The notes: generated by a model from the sequence alone, not told the origin. A stretch of 63,130 nucleotides of DNA, filler included, from Octopus bimaculoides (GCF_001194135.2; 6 parts of 6 records of this genome joined end to end with filler, not necessarily neighbours in it), one strand, 5' to 3'. Positions 37,566 through 50,889 are shown, numbered from the whole stretch's first letter. Translations and numbers: made by a program.

Positions 37566-37998
37566 AAAGAGTATAATGAAATCTAAAAACGCCGTCTAGA
37601 CTACGCAACCCTCAACTGTTAGTAGCTACGATACCATATTTCTACATTAATAACTCTCCAATCCATGCCAGCATGGAACATAGACATTAAGTGGAATGCC
37701 AGTCTCTCATCTAGGAGGGCCTTGAAATCAATGTTACCAACTGGGGACTATGTGTGTCGTAGTGATAATAAAAAGACCCAAAGGAGGTCTGCAACGAAAT
37801 AATTTTACTCAACACTTTGCAAGTGAATCAGTGGAGGCAAAGATGCGTCTCATTTACTTGACAATTTATGCACCACATTGCAGAAATCACAATGTAAGNN
37901 NNNNNNNNNNNNNNNNNNNNNNNNNNNNNNNNNNNNNNNNNNTTAATTAATTAANNNNNNNNNNNNNNNNNNNNNNNNNNNNNNNNNNNNNNNNNNNN

Positions 37999-38039
<41 letters not shown>

Positions 38040-38040
<1 letters not shown>

Positions 38041-38697
38041 GTATGTAGCGAATAACTTATACCGGAATGTAATATGTTGACACTGGTTGCTAATGCTGTA
38101 AGGACGCCTCAAGACTTCGACATATTTCTAATCTGCATTCACGTACAAGTGTCGTACCAACCACCAAAAGTCAAGCATCAAACATCATTTCCCTATTCCA
38201 GTCCATGGATAAGGGGAGAAATTTCAAATATAAACGTTGCATTTTCAAACAACATGTTGAAGCAACAGATGGCCATGGTAAACAATCTATCAAGGACATT
38301 TATATAATCTATCATATTACGAAGGTTATAGATAACATAGAAGTAGCCTGGAACGGATTAACCCTGGATTGCATGAACAGATTTTGAAAGCAGATATGAT
38401 CATGGTATCTTTTATGTTTTTTCTGTTCTCTTTTACTTGTTTCAGTCATTTGACTGCGGTCATGCTGGGGCACTGCCATGAAGAATTTTTAGTCAAATGT
38501 ATAGACTCCTGTACTTGTTTGATTTTGTTTTAAGCCTTGTACTTATTCTATCGGTCAGTTTTGCCGAACCGCTAAGTTACGAGGACGTAAACACATCAGC
38601 ACCGGTTCTCAAGTGGTGTGTGTGTGTGTGTGTGGGGGGACAAACATATTCAAAGATACACCCACCCACACCAATACAGACACAAACACACAGACAG

Positions 38698-38793
<96 letters not shown>

Positions 38794-39125
38794 GTATATA
38801 TATGACGGGCTTCCGTCTACCGAATCCACTCGCACGTCTTTGATTGGACCCGAGGCTATAGAAGGAGATATTTAGCCAAGGTGCTATGCAGTGGGACTAA
38901 ACTCGGAACCATATAGCTGGGAAGCAAGCTTCTTACCACACAGCTACGTCTGTGCCTAGTATTTGAAAAAATGGTGCCAGCAGTCATCAATGACATTGTG
39001 GAGAGGACAAAGAAATGGTTGGATTGTAAAATTTTAATGCTGAAGAATTGTAGAGTTTATAGAATCTCATGATAAAAGGTTCATATATTGAACAGATGCA
39101 GATATTGGAATCGAAAATAAACCTG
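38040..39125 (+). pseudogene. Tigger/pogo transposase fossil split by a SINE
   Basis: PMDKGRNFK...FKQHVEATDG...KVIDNIEVAW...CMN (38200-38385) and, after the SINE, VINDIVERTKK...EFIESHD (38985-39075), matching pogo DDE and C-terminal motifs. Confidence 0.75.
38420..38955 (-). mobile_element. SINE family B with internal (CA)n expansion
   Basis: Reverse complement of the 40385-40740 copy. Confidence 0.88.
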
Positions 39126-40325
39126 AAAACATTTACAGGAACTCCAAAAATATTTTTACTAGTAGCAATATTCACACACACACACACACAAAAATTACAG
39201 ACCAGTTTATTAAAAATGGCCGGTTTTGGAGCACAGCAACAAGGCATGTGTTCGAGATATAAAGTCCTGCTGCCACGAGAAAAGATTCTACGAAATTAAG
39301 GCGATATGCGATGCCCTGTTTGGCGAGTAACCAATGTACGAGAAAGTAACACATTCTGCTTCCTCATCTCAGATTTCGCCTTTGTGTCAAAATTTCTCAC
39401 CGCGGTTTTTCAACAGAATTATGAGTGATTAGGCCTGTATATATAAATTTATAATTTGAGTAGATTAATTTAACCTGTTTCATAATTTTATGATACCACT
39501 AGATCTTAATTAATTAAACTTGTTATCTAATTTTGTCATAACTTTAGATAACATTGTGTGATTTTATCTAAAGCTAGTGGGTGGGTTGGGTGGTTGGTGC
39601 GACAACGAATCTCTGTATTTTTCAAACGTTAAGCAATGTCGATGACCTCCGTTTGTTTTCCTTTCACTCATAAATATAATCTTTCAGGTTCGTATTTTTG
39701 TGTTAAAATGAGACCCGTGTTACGCTGTTTTGCTTCATGTGGTATTCATGTGGTATTCTTTTTTTTATGAAAGCATCTCGAGCGTCAACCGAGTTCTTAA
39801 TGTATTAAAGATTTTATAAAAGTAACGCTCATAACTATTTATACACTCTTCCATAAATTCAACATACCGTCTTTAGCCCTTTAGATGCTCAGTCTATATC
39901 TCTTCTTTCTTTCCTTTTCTTTCTCACCGTCCTGTCCTTTCACCCTTACACACAAACTGTCTACCGTCCAACACTACGTATTATACCAGCTTTTTCAAAT
40001 GGGGCCACTTATATCTAATCAAATCATGCATTTCTTCTCAAAACAGAAAAGACAATTCACATTGAGTCAAAACATATTTCTGTAAAATTATTTGATGACA
40101 ACAAGAAAGTTCTAAGTCAGATCACCAAAGAGTGGTGATCGGACGTGCTGAAATGCGTAACACAGAGTCACCATTTGTATGTTAGGTCACTCTTGGTGCA
40201 ATTGGTAACATGTAACCCAGTACAACCTGTCACATGATCGGATCATCGGCGATTAAACTGGCACCTCTCCAGCATGGCCGCAATCAAGTGACTGAAACCG
40301 GTAAAAGAAAAAAAAAAGAATAATA

Positions 40326-40384
<59 letters not shown>

Positions 40385-40390
<6 letters not shown>

Positions 40391-40740
40391 CAAAAGTGGC
40401 TCTGTGGTAAGTAGTTTGCTTACTAACCACATGGCTCCGGGTTCATTCTCACTGTGTGGCACCTTGGGCAAGTGTCTTCTACTATAGCCGTCGTATATAT
40501 GTATGTTTGTGTGTGTATATGTTTGTGTGTCTGTGTTTGTCCTCCCAGCATCGCTTGACAACCGATGGTGGTGTGTTTACGTCCCCGTAACTTAGCAATT
40601 CGGCAAAAAAGACCGATAGAATAAGTATTAGGCTTCCAAAGAATAAGTCCTGGACTCAATTTGCTCGACTAAAAGGCGGTGCTCCAGCATGGCCGCAGTC
40701 AAATGACTGAAACAAGTAAAAGAGTAAAAGATAGTAAAGA
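40385..40740 (+). mobile_element. SINE family B (a 3'-end fragment in the opposite orientation lies at 40253-40312)
   Basis: ggcgcaaaagtggctctgtggtaag...ggttcattctc...gttcggcaaaa-like...ggtgctccagcatggccgcagtcaaatgactgaaac. Confidence 0.9.
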
Positions 40741-41134
40741 GTCAATACGCACCCAATATAATGTATGTATGTATGTATGTATGTATGTCTGTCTGTATGT
40801 ATGTATGTACACATGTGCATGTTCGTGTGCGTCCGTGTGTACGCGTGCGCGTGCTGTTCTGTTTTTCGCACTCAGTCGCAGTGAATCCGGCGTGACCAGA
40901 CTGATGATTTATTTCTTAGTTCTAACTTCGTTAGCTTCATACAGAAACAGCTCGGTTGCTAAGCAACATTGAAGAGATAATCTCTTATTCTTTTTTATTT
41001 TTTTCCTTGTTTGTTTGGTTGCTATTAGTCGACTTAACAAGACAGAGTTATAAGCGCGCGCGTGCACACACACACACACACACACATACATGTACAAATG
41101 ACATTACGTTGCACAGTAAGGCACACACATACAC

Positions 41135-41340
41135 AAATGTTTCATTCGATTGCGGCGATACTGGGGCAGCGCCTTGAACGGTTTTAGTCGAACAAATGTA
41201 CCCCAGTACTTAACTTTTTATGTTTTAAGCCTTCTACTAATTCTATCGGTCTGTTTTGCCAAACCGATAATTTACGGGGACGTAAACACACCAACACCAG
41301 TTGTCAAGTGGTGGTGAGATGAGAGACAAGCATGTACCCA
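41135..41340 (-). mobile_element. SINE family B 3' half
   Basis: ttttagtcgaacaaatgtacccc...ggggacgtaaacacaccaacaccagttgtcaag. Confidence 0.8.
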
Positions 41341-41383
41341 AAGACACAATCTCATAGATATATACACATAGTTATAAATATAT

Positions 41384-41462
<79 letters not shown>

Positions 41463-41464
41463 CA

Positions 41465-42352
41465 CAGGGTGTGATGGGTAAATTGTCGCCATTTTATATT
41501 TTCAATTTCGCGCATGCGTATTGTTTGTTTTTGATTTTGTCGGCTACACAGTATAGTAGGGTCAGTTGAGCACCGTCTGTGAGAAAAACACCACCATGAC
41601 GCAATTCAACCAGCTAGAAATTTGGAAACAACATGCTGTATTGCTTGGTATTCGCGCTGGAAGTGCCGATACGAACATTTCAGAGTGTCTGGATGTCAAT
41701 TTGAGAGCAGTGCAATCTGGGGACATATACCGAGAGTGATAAAAATCAAACACCCAGTTAACATCATGGTGTTTCGAGTGATCAGTAGTGATGGTGACGC
41801 TATGCCGCCATTCATATTCCCACATAGTCTCTGACTCAACACAGAGGCCTACATCAAGTGTCTGAAGGAGGTAGTGCTGCCCTGGGTCAAGCGGGTGGCT
41901 GTTGGAAGACACTATGTCTGGCAACAGGATTCTGCACCATGCGCCACACAAGCAGGAGAACCCAATCATGGCTGTCAGTCACGTTTTGCGACATCACCCC
42001 TAACATCTGGCCACCTAATTTCCCAGACTACAACCCTTTTGATTATTATGTGTGGGGCGCAGTTGAGCGAGAGACCAACAATGCTCCTTGTAACACCATA
42101 GATGAACTGAAGGCAAGGATTATGGCAGCATTCACCAACTAAAACAAAGAGACCGTCGAGAAGAGTTGCAGGAGATTCCGAAGTCGTTTGGAGACCGTGG
42201 TTGAAGCCAATGGTGATTTTATTGAATGAATTTACTCTTTAGAGTTTCAAGATATTTTTATGCAATTTTGGTAAATATATCTGTTAAAATGAGATGTCAA
42301 TGTTATTTTCATTTTTGCGCAATTTAGACGACAGTATATTCACCGCACCCTG
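41465..42352 (+). mobile_element. Internally deleted Tc1/mariner element, maT (DD37D)-like
   Basis: Termini cagggtg / caccctg in TA-rich flanks; WQQDSAP...WPPNFPDYNPFDYYVWG with a second-to-third Asp spacing of about 36-37; first catalytic Asp region absent. Confidence 0.88.
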
Positions 42353-43229
42353 TATATATNNNNNNNNNNNNNNNNNNNNNNNNNNNNNNNNNNNNNNNNN
42401 NNNNNNNNNNNNNNNNNNNNNNNNNNNNNNNNNNNNNNNNNNNNNNNNNNNNNNNNNNNNNNNNNNNNNNNNNNNNNNNNNNNNNNNNNNNNNNNNNNNN
42501 NNNNNNNNNNNNNNNNNNNNNNNNNNNNNNNNNNNNNNNNNNNNNNNNNNNNNNNNNNNNNNNNNNNNNNGAATAATAAGGTAGTCAGAATGTTGGATGA
42601 TTATATATATATATTTTATTTATTTACATCTTATTTACATTTTCAGCGCTTTCTTCCGTTATCGGATATATCAAAAAATGGTTCAAATTTAGATTTCTTG
42701 GCCTTTTTATAAAAACTTTTGTGGGGCCTGCCAAGCAAGGGAGAAGAAAGAAGAAAATTTTTTTTGCTTGAGAAGGAGGTAAAGAGTTGTGACTTTTGTA
42801 TCGTCAGACTTGTTTGTTTAATACTTAGTAGCATTTTAAGGTGGGAGAATAAAAAGAAGAGAAAGGGAAAAAAATGTATTTGAATGGGTCAAGGTTTCAG
42901 TTGAAAAAGCAGATGTTGTTTTTGACTTTCTTCAGTAAAAATTATAATTGTATTTCCGAGACTTGCTCTTTTGTGTTCATTAAAGAATAGTTGTATGGAT
43001 GCGGTCAGCTTTTTCTAATTGAAATTCTACCTTATTATTCTTGAAGCATAACAATATCTGTTTCAACACACGATTTCATATCAGGAATCTTACAAAGCAA
43101 ATACATAACCGTAAAAGGATTATAAGCCTTCACTGTATATTTTCTGTAGTCAATATAAGGTGAAGGCTTACAATTATATATATATATATATATTGTACAT
43201 GTACATACCTACATACATACATACATACA

Positions 43230-43260
<31 letters not shown>

Positions 43261-45167
43261 TATACACATACATACATTATTTAACATACAGTCCTGGTCG
43301 AAGGTCTGAATGATGCAAAGATAAAATTTGTTATTTTTCTAAATATATTTTTCTCTAAAGATAAAAACTAATTATCTATTGTGACAAATTACGTAATTTG
43401 ATGTAAAAATGATGAAATATGATCTCATAATTTCGTCTTCTGTTTGACATTTCTGATATTGTAAAGTATGTCAATATTTTATAAATCTTCGAATTCCTAT
43501 CCGAAGAAAATCACAAAATAAAAAAAATAAAAATAAAAAAGAAAAAGATTGTTTTGCATGGCAATAGATATCAGCTCAGTTGTATGTTTTTGCTGTTGGC
43601 CGTGTCTAGAAATCGTTGTCTCCAATTAGTCAGATACGAAATGAAATATGCTTTGCCTCGCTACTCCACGCAGAAACAACAGGGTTTACTCGGAGTTATT
43701 GCAAATTATTCCTCTACTACAGCCATCGCAATGCTAGAAACCCTTATCTGTATACTTTCACAAGAAATATAGCGATACTCAGAATAGGAACCATATTAAC
43801 CCCATGACAACGATTTTTACTGACGGTAATCACATCGGACGAGATCAACAATTAGCGCACGACAACGGTCCGGCGTATATTTACGTCAACCGCTTTAAAG
43901 CATGCACTGTTTATTTATATAAACTGTCATTACTACGGGGACCGTAAATCCAACGAATTTGATTAGTGGACTGGACGCGACTGTAAATTCCACGAAAGAC
44001 CAGAAGAATTTGCTGAATGCGTACGAAATTGATAGGAAGTCATTGTGGAAATGGTGGTGTAACTGCCAAAACTGCTGTTTATGGTGACGAAGTCTCGCAC
44101 TGAGTTGGAAATATTTACATGAAGAGTCTAACAAACCTATCAGATTCCTTGAAATTTGCACAGTGACCTCTATTGTTGATTCCGTGAGTGATAGCGGATA
44201 TTTATATCCATTTCTGCAAAAGAGAAGAGCTAGGATTTAGGTAAACCAACATCGCATAACTCCGGATATTCTGAAGAAATCCTTTACTCGTATTGTAATC
44301 CAGAATTTCACTACATTTAACTAGTTCGTGCAGCTGCCAATTTGAAAAATGTATATTAAAAGATAACCAAAAAGTACTAAAAATTAAGATTATAATGCTT
44401 CATAAACCTTGGATTTAAATAAGAAGACACGGCAGATTTGACCAACCACAAATAAACGCAAGAAATTGGACGAGAGCATGGCTGAACCTGATATTGTTGT
44501 GTTAGGCGCAAATATGTATCAGGCCAAGTACTGAGCTGTATAACATTGCTATTTGTACTTTTGTTGTCGGGTTATCTCTGTATTTTATTATAAAATACAT
44601 TCTTTGTCTTTCATCTGTATAATCAATTACAGTCAATTTACAGTATAGACATCTTCCAGACTATTTCTTGCCTTGAGCCGGGCGTACATATGTGTGTGTG
44701 TATGTATGCGTGTATGTATGTATGTATGTATGTATGTATGTATGTGTCTGTGTATGTATGTATGTATGAATGTGTCTGTGTATGTATGCATGTGTGTGTA
44801 TGTATGTATGTATGTACGTAAACACATTTGTTCTTTTGTCATTCATTAATGGCCATATATATAAAAATGTCTGTAGATGTGTATGTATATATACACATAT
44901 AAATGCGTGTATATATATATATATATATATATATATNNNNNNNNNNNNNNNNNNNNNNNNNNNNNNNNNNNNNNNNNNNNNNNNNNNNNNNNNNNNNNNN
45001 NNNNNNNNNNNNNNNNNNNNNNNNNNNNNNNNNNNNNNNNNNNNNNNNNNNTATATATGTGTATGTATGTATGTATGTATGTGTGTGTGTATGTGCGGGC
45101 ACACGCACACGCACCCTGATTCTTACACACACACACATATACACAGAAAGAGCGAAAGGGGGAGAGA

Positions 45168-45345
45168 AGAGACAGACAGAAAAAAGAAGACAAAGACAAA
45201 GAAGAAGAAGAAGAAGGAAGAGGAGGGGTATGGAAAAAAGAAGGAAGAAGATAAGACGAAGAAGCGGAAGAAGAAAAAGAAGAGGAAGAAGAAAAAGAAG
45301 AGGAAGAAGAGGAAGGAGAAGAAGAGGAGGAGGAGGTGGAGGAAA
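45168..45345. repeat. (GAA/GAG)-rich purine tract
   Basis: Seen directly; source of the Lys/Arg-rich pseudo-ORFs. Confidence 0.9.
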
Positions 45346-45918
45346 TTGAAAAGAGATTGATTGATTCCTATTTGATTATCAAAAACATTATATTTACAAT
45401 AATTGATTCATTACAGGAAACGGTATATAATTTTCTAGTGTATACAATAGATTTTAGTGTATAGAAGAAAAAAAAACATATATATAGAAGACAAAAGAGC
45501 TCCACTGTAAAAAGGGTAGACAAACAAATTCCAACACAAATATTGAGGTTTGGAATGAGACGGACGAGAGGAATTATAGTACATCATCGGATCATTAGTC
45601 TGAGTAGAGTTAACAAAATAACATGGCGGTAAACAAGACGTAGGAGGAAAAAAAGTTAAGCTGACAAAAAAAATGTATGTATATATATATATATATATAT
45701 ATACACACCTACACATATAAATATACATACATATACGTACATACATTCATACGCGCACACACATACGCGCACACACACATGCGCGCATATATACATATGT
45801 ATGTAGGTATATGCCCAAGATTATCGATCCAGGTAACAGGTATAGTTTATTGGAGCAAGCGTACATACACATACACACACACACACACACACCACACACA
45901 CACATATATGCATAGATA

Positions 45919-45992
<74 letters not shown>

Positions 45993-46023
45993 ACTATCTA
46001 TCTAACTATCTACTTACCTATAT

Positions 46024-46067
<44 letters not shown>

Positions 46068-46258
46068 GCATTATATATATAAATTAAGAGCTAGTGTGGT
46101 TCAGTTGTTTCTGTTACAACTCAGATTATGTAACCTCATTTATATATATATATATATANNNNNNNNNNNNNNNNNNNNNNNNNNNNNNNNNNNNNNNNNN
46201 NNTTAATTAATTAANNNNNNNNNNNNNNNNNNNNNNNNNNNNNNNNNNNNNNNNNNNN

Positions 46259-46294
<36 letters not shown>

Positions 46295-46818
46295 GAAACA
46301 GATATAAAAGCACTCCTTCGCTTGCGTCCACATATTTAAAATATTCTATTCACACAATCCACGCACGCACATATATACACGCGCGCTCACACACATATAC
46401 ATATACATACATATATATATGCACATATACATACGCATCCAAATATACATATTAAGCATATAAGGGTAGAGAGAGAGAGAGAGGGAGAGGCAGAGGGGGG
46501 AGGCTATTATCAATGTAGATAACATGTATGCACTGCTATAGCATGTTATAAATAACAGGGCATAATATATTGTTACTGTGATAGTGGTATTCTACAGTGT
46601 GATATATAATGCGTTATTATGAAATCTCCATATGTGTGTATTGCGTTGGGAGCAGCGTATAATGTAGTCAGGAAATAATCCTGATACGTTTATAAGTCAT
46701 GATAATATGCAATATAGGATATCTATAGTGTATAGGTTTTTCTATTGTATAGGATTTTCTATAGTTTTCTCTACGTATACAGTATACACGCATTCTATTG
46801 GTGATGATGATGATGATA

Positions 46819-46905
<87 letters not shown>

Positions 46906-46950
46906 ATTATTATTATTGGTGGTAGTAGTGGTAGTGGTGGTGGTGATTAA

Positions 46951-47357
46951 TGGGATTTCTCCACAAAGACCGACCATACTATTGAATCAAGAAGACCAGA
47001 TATGATGAGAGAAAAAAATAATAAACAGAAAAAACATACAAACAAACAATGAAAGATCATAGACTTTGCAATACCATATAATAACAGAGTGGATATGAAA
47101 TAAATTTTGGAAAATTTACAAATATCAAGACCTTGCCAGAGAGAGATGAAGTGATTGTGGAACACAAAGCTGACAACTGTTACTATGGTGATTTGTGCAC
47201 TTGGCACGATACCCCACAATGCTACCTAAGAAGCAGTCGGATATTGGAATTAAAGCTCGTGTTGTCGACCGGCAGAAAAGTGTCATTTTGTGTACTGCAA
47301 GAATTCTGAGAAAAATTCTTGACATTTGAGAAGATTTGTTGTCACGAAACATCAGGA
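46951..47357 (+). mobile_element. R4/Dong-like 3' end, lineage F
   Basis: WDFSTKTDHTIESRRPD...IIDFAIP...YQDLA...VICALGTIP...VILCTARILRKILDI*. Confidence 0.85.
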
Positions 47358-47392
47358 TAGCATATTTGCTAATTAAATTAGTATGTAATAGC

Positions 47393-47825
47393 CTTGATGC
47401 CCTGTGATAATAATATTGCTGTTAATGAATTTGACAAGGTCAGAAAATATAAAGATTTGCTCAATGGAATTGAAAGATGTGACATCTCAAGGCAGTTGGA
47501 ATAAAAGTGATTGTGGAAGCACTTGGAATGATAAAAAAAAAAAGAAACTAAAAAATATTTAGGTATACCATCCCTGCAAGAAGTGTAAAAGGTTGGTTTA
47601 ACTGGTACGTCATGCGTATAGAGAACACTTTCGTTGTGAGAACGATTACCTTGCATGTAAATACATGTAAATATTTTTTCACTACATAACATCATTTGAA
47701 TTTGTAAATTAACACCGTGGTGTTCTTATTTTAATGGCTTATCGATGTAGGAAGGGAATTTCCTATGCCCTAAGTGTCGAGACGACACACAGCAAGAAAT
47801 TGAAACAAAATTGAAGGAAGAAAAA
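47393..47825 (+). mobile_element. R4/Dong-like 3' end, lineage G, followed by (CTA)/(TAA)n
   Basis: PCDNNIAVNEFDKVRKYKDL...VIVEALGMIK...PSLQEV...LTGT...RTLSL*. Confidence 0.75.
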
Positions 47826-47880
47826 CTACTACTGCTACTACTACTGCTGCTACTACTAATAATAATAATAATAAAAATAA

Positions 47881-47914
<34 letters not shown>

Positions 47915-47934
<20 letters not shown>

Positions 47935-48110
47935 TCTTTTCTACTATAGGCACAAGGCCTGAAATTTCCCTCTACCGTATCCACTTACAAGACTTTGGGT
48001 TGGTTCACGGCTCTATGGTAGACGATACATATCCAAGGTGCCACGCAGTAGAATTGAACCAGAGAGTATGTAGCTGAGATGAAAACTTCCAACCATAAGG
48101 CCACGCCTCT
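47915..48110 (-). mobile_element. Fused SINE fragments (family A 3' end and family B 5' part)
   Basis: ctttctactataggcacaaggcctgaaattt joined to tagacgatacatatccaaggtgccacgcagt. Confidence 0.65.
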
Positions 48111-49358
48111 GCATGTCAAATCCATACAAGTCTCATATAATATGAACGTAAGTAACAGTCATAGAAAAACGAGAGTTTGAGGAAGTTATGTGACATGACA
48201 CGTACATGTGGTGTAAAACTTCAAAGAATGAACATGTTGCAAATCTTCAGCTCCGGTTTGAGGCTGTTTTGGGGTCATGACTAAGAATAATTAATTGCTT
48301 CGATTCCAAAATTTTGTATTTGACATATTAGATAAATATAATTTTATCAAAATCATTTATACAGAAATCGTATGGTTTTCATTAAACTAGAGGGCGAAAA
48401 AAAAAACGTATTTTAAAGATAAAGTCTTTTACAATGTAAACGTTATTCTAAATCTTGACAGAGAGAAAGAGAAAGAGAAGGAGAGAAGGATAGAGATAGA
48501 GGAGGATGATGGAAGCGAGAGATGGGCTGAGAGAAAGAGAAGAAAAATATCTTGAAGTAATTTAAATGTCAAATTAATACGTTAATGAAATGAATGCACA
48601 AGTTGCTGCCATCAAGACAGAGTGGATAAACAATTTTTTTTTCTTTTTAAAATCAAAAATAAAATAATACTCGTCTATAAATTGCAGAGAGAAAAGACGT
48701 GAGTCAAGAGATTAATATTAGCTAAACGAATGCAGTGATTCTAAATTGCTTTTACTGTTCTTTAAAAATTCTTTTTTTTTTGTTTGTTTTTAGCTTATTT
48801 TTTTTTATTTTTTGCCTTTTATGGCTACTTGAAGAACTTTTTAGTCAATCAAAATTTTTAAAATGTTAAACTAAAATGGGGAAAATTATTAAGGTTAATC
48901 GAGAAGCTTTTTAGATAAAATTGAAAGTACAATTCTGATAAAATAACGAATTAGTGTTTGTTCTCGCTAATTATTTCAAAGACAATAGCAATACAGGAAT
49001 TGACATGATAATTAGAAGAGCTTCTTGTTACCGTGGAAACGGTATTTTTATGTCTTGTATCTATCCAAGAATGGATATTGTTAATGTTTTAGCTTTTTTT
49101 ATTATTCATTTATATTTTTGTGTGAATTAAAATAATTCTGCTAAATCATTCCAGTTTTTCAACTATTTTCTCACAAAATTCTTCAGTCAGTTCATATTAG
49201 TTTCTTGTCCTTTTTAAACTGAATTTATTTATATATTTATGTATTGATTTATTTTCGTCTTACATCAAATACTTATCGAACATTCTTGAAGTAAATGCTG
49301 TTAGGCAGCGGTGAATTCGCTGCAGACAGAACAGCCAAGTCAGTTTCTATATTTTACA

Positions 49359-49608
49359 GAATGAGCATAAATGTCCCAATTCCTATATCCTATCGCACTA
49401 AAATGACTGAATATGAAGTAAGAACCTAATTCTATAATTCTATTGATGTAAAATAACAGAATAAGGTACAATACCACTATTCCTTTATTCTAGCAATGTG
49501 AAATTACAAAATGAGGCAGAATATCACCATTCCTTTATTCTAACGACGTGAAATTGCAGAATAAAGTAGAACGTCTCTATTCTTTTATCCTATAAATGCA
49601 AAAATTCA
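49359..49608. repeat. Diverged tandem array, five 50-bp units
   Basis: Unit starts at 49359, 49409, 49459, 49509, 49559; shared attcctttattcta...tgaaatt.ca. Confidence 0.85.
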
Positions 49609-49850
49609 GGCTTATGTAAGAAGCTATTATTCAAGCTTTATGAGAAAAGGAAATACGTCAATCCAACGGCAAAAAATAATAGCTAGATCGTCCTCAAGTG
49701 ACAACATATCACCTTCAAAAAAAATAAAGGGATACACTTGATAATGTATCCATCTATCTATCTTCTCCGTTTACTATTCCTCAGACGGTTGTGGACGCAC
49801 CTCCACCGTAGGGTCCAAACAAAAGCAACCACCATTAGATTTTCCGGCTG

Positions 49851-49884
<34 letters not shown>

Positions 49885-49903
49885 AAGATAGATAGATAGA
49901 TAG

Positions 49904-49964
<61 letters not shown>

Positions 49965-49999
49965 CAGACAGACAGAAGGGGAGGGAGAGAGAGAGAGAT

Positions 50000-50146
50000 A
50001 CACATTGTGTGGGGTTACTCTTTAATTACCATAACTCCAAGCTCCGTTCTGACCCAGAACGCTACTACCTGTCAGAGTCCCATTTCTGAGTTAAATGGAT
50101 TTCCCGAGGCTAGAGAAGGCTCCCGTTACTTTTGACAAAGCCATGC
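50000..50146 (+). repeat. Interspersed repeat fragment; inverted copy at 53163-53310
   Basis: cacattgtgtgg...gctccgttctgacccagaa...ctacctgtcag...gctagagaa..ctcccg..actttt, roughly 85 percent identical by eye. Confidence 0.85.
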
Positions 50147-50746
50147 GAGAAAGCAACTCATCAAGGGAAAGATACCCAGCTATAAAACTTGCAGTCAAAA
50201 TAGTACCAGTCACCTTGCAATGGTTGTCATTGGAACCCACTACGATGACAGAGTGATAAAGGCGTTGTACAAGCTTTGGACACTTAAATCCAATGACGTA
50301 CAGATGTCTCGCTATTATTTCATTTCTTGATCCGTTTTGTATTTTATAATGTACACTGGAGACGGATCTGTGGTGTGCAAATCAAAGTAAATCAGAGCAA
50401 TCAGGCTGAATGTGAAACGGCTATCATCTGACAGGATGAGGCAATCATCATATATCTGTGTCTGTCTGTCTGTCTGTCAGTCAGTCTGTTTGTCTGTCTG
50501 TCTGTCTGTCTGTATGTATGTATGTATGTATGTATGTATGTATGTATGTAGTTTATCTGGCAGTTCTGTATTGATAATATAACGTATCCTTGTTTTACAT
50601 TAGATACAGTAACATAGCATCATTTATTTCACATGTGTTAAATAGTAACATATACAGTGACATATACAGTGACACTTAAACTGCCAATGCACGAAATTCT
50701 CGATTTCTGAGTCACTCTGCACCTTCTACCTTTTATTAATCAGGTT

Positions 50747-50853
<107 letters not shown>

Positions 50854-50889
50854 ACTCTTGTTTTGTATTCTATTCTCCTGCTTGCATTA

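Noticed and set aside
39069-39299. ORF containing MAGFGAQQQG, and a minus-strand acceptor near 39124
   Set aside because: The left part is explained by the Tigger fossil; the rest spans a (CA)n and has no convincing donor or homology.
43560-44340. Complex unique block with an 88-aa minus-strand ORF
   Set aside because: No frame gave a recognisable domain; stops occur in all plausible frames.
44770-45360. Lys/Arg-rich basic ORF (protamine- or NLS-like)
   Set aside because: Product of a (GAA)n tract plus an N gap.
49770-49850. Short GC-richer island with splice-like signals on both strands
   Set aside because: Peptides are short and unrecognised, and the signals are equally plausible either way.
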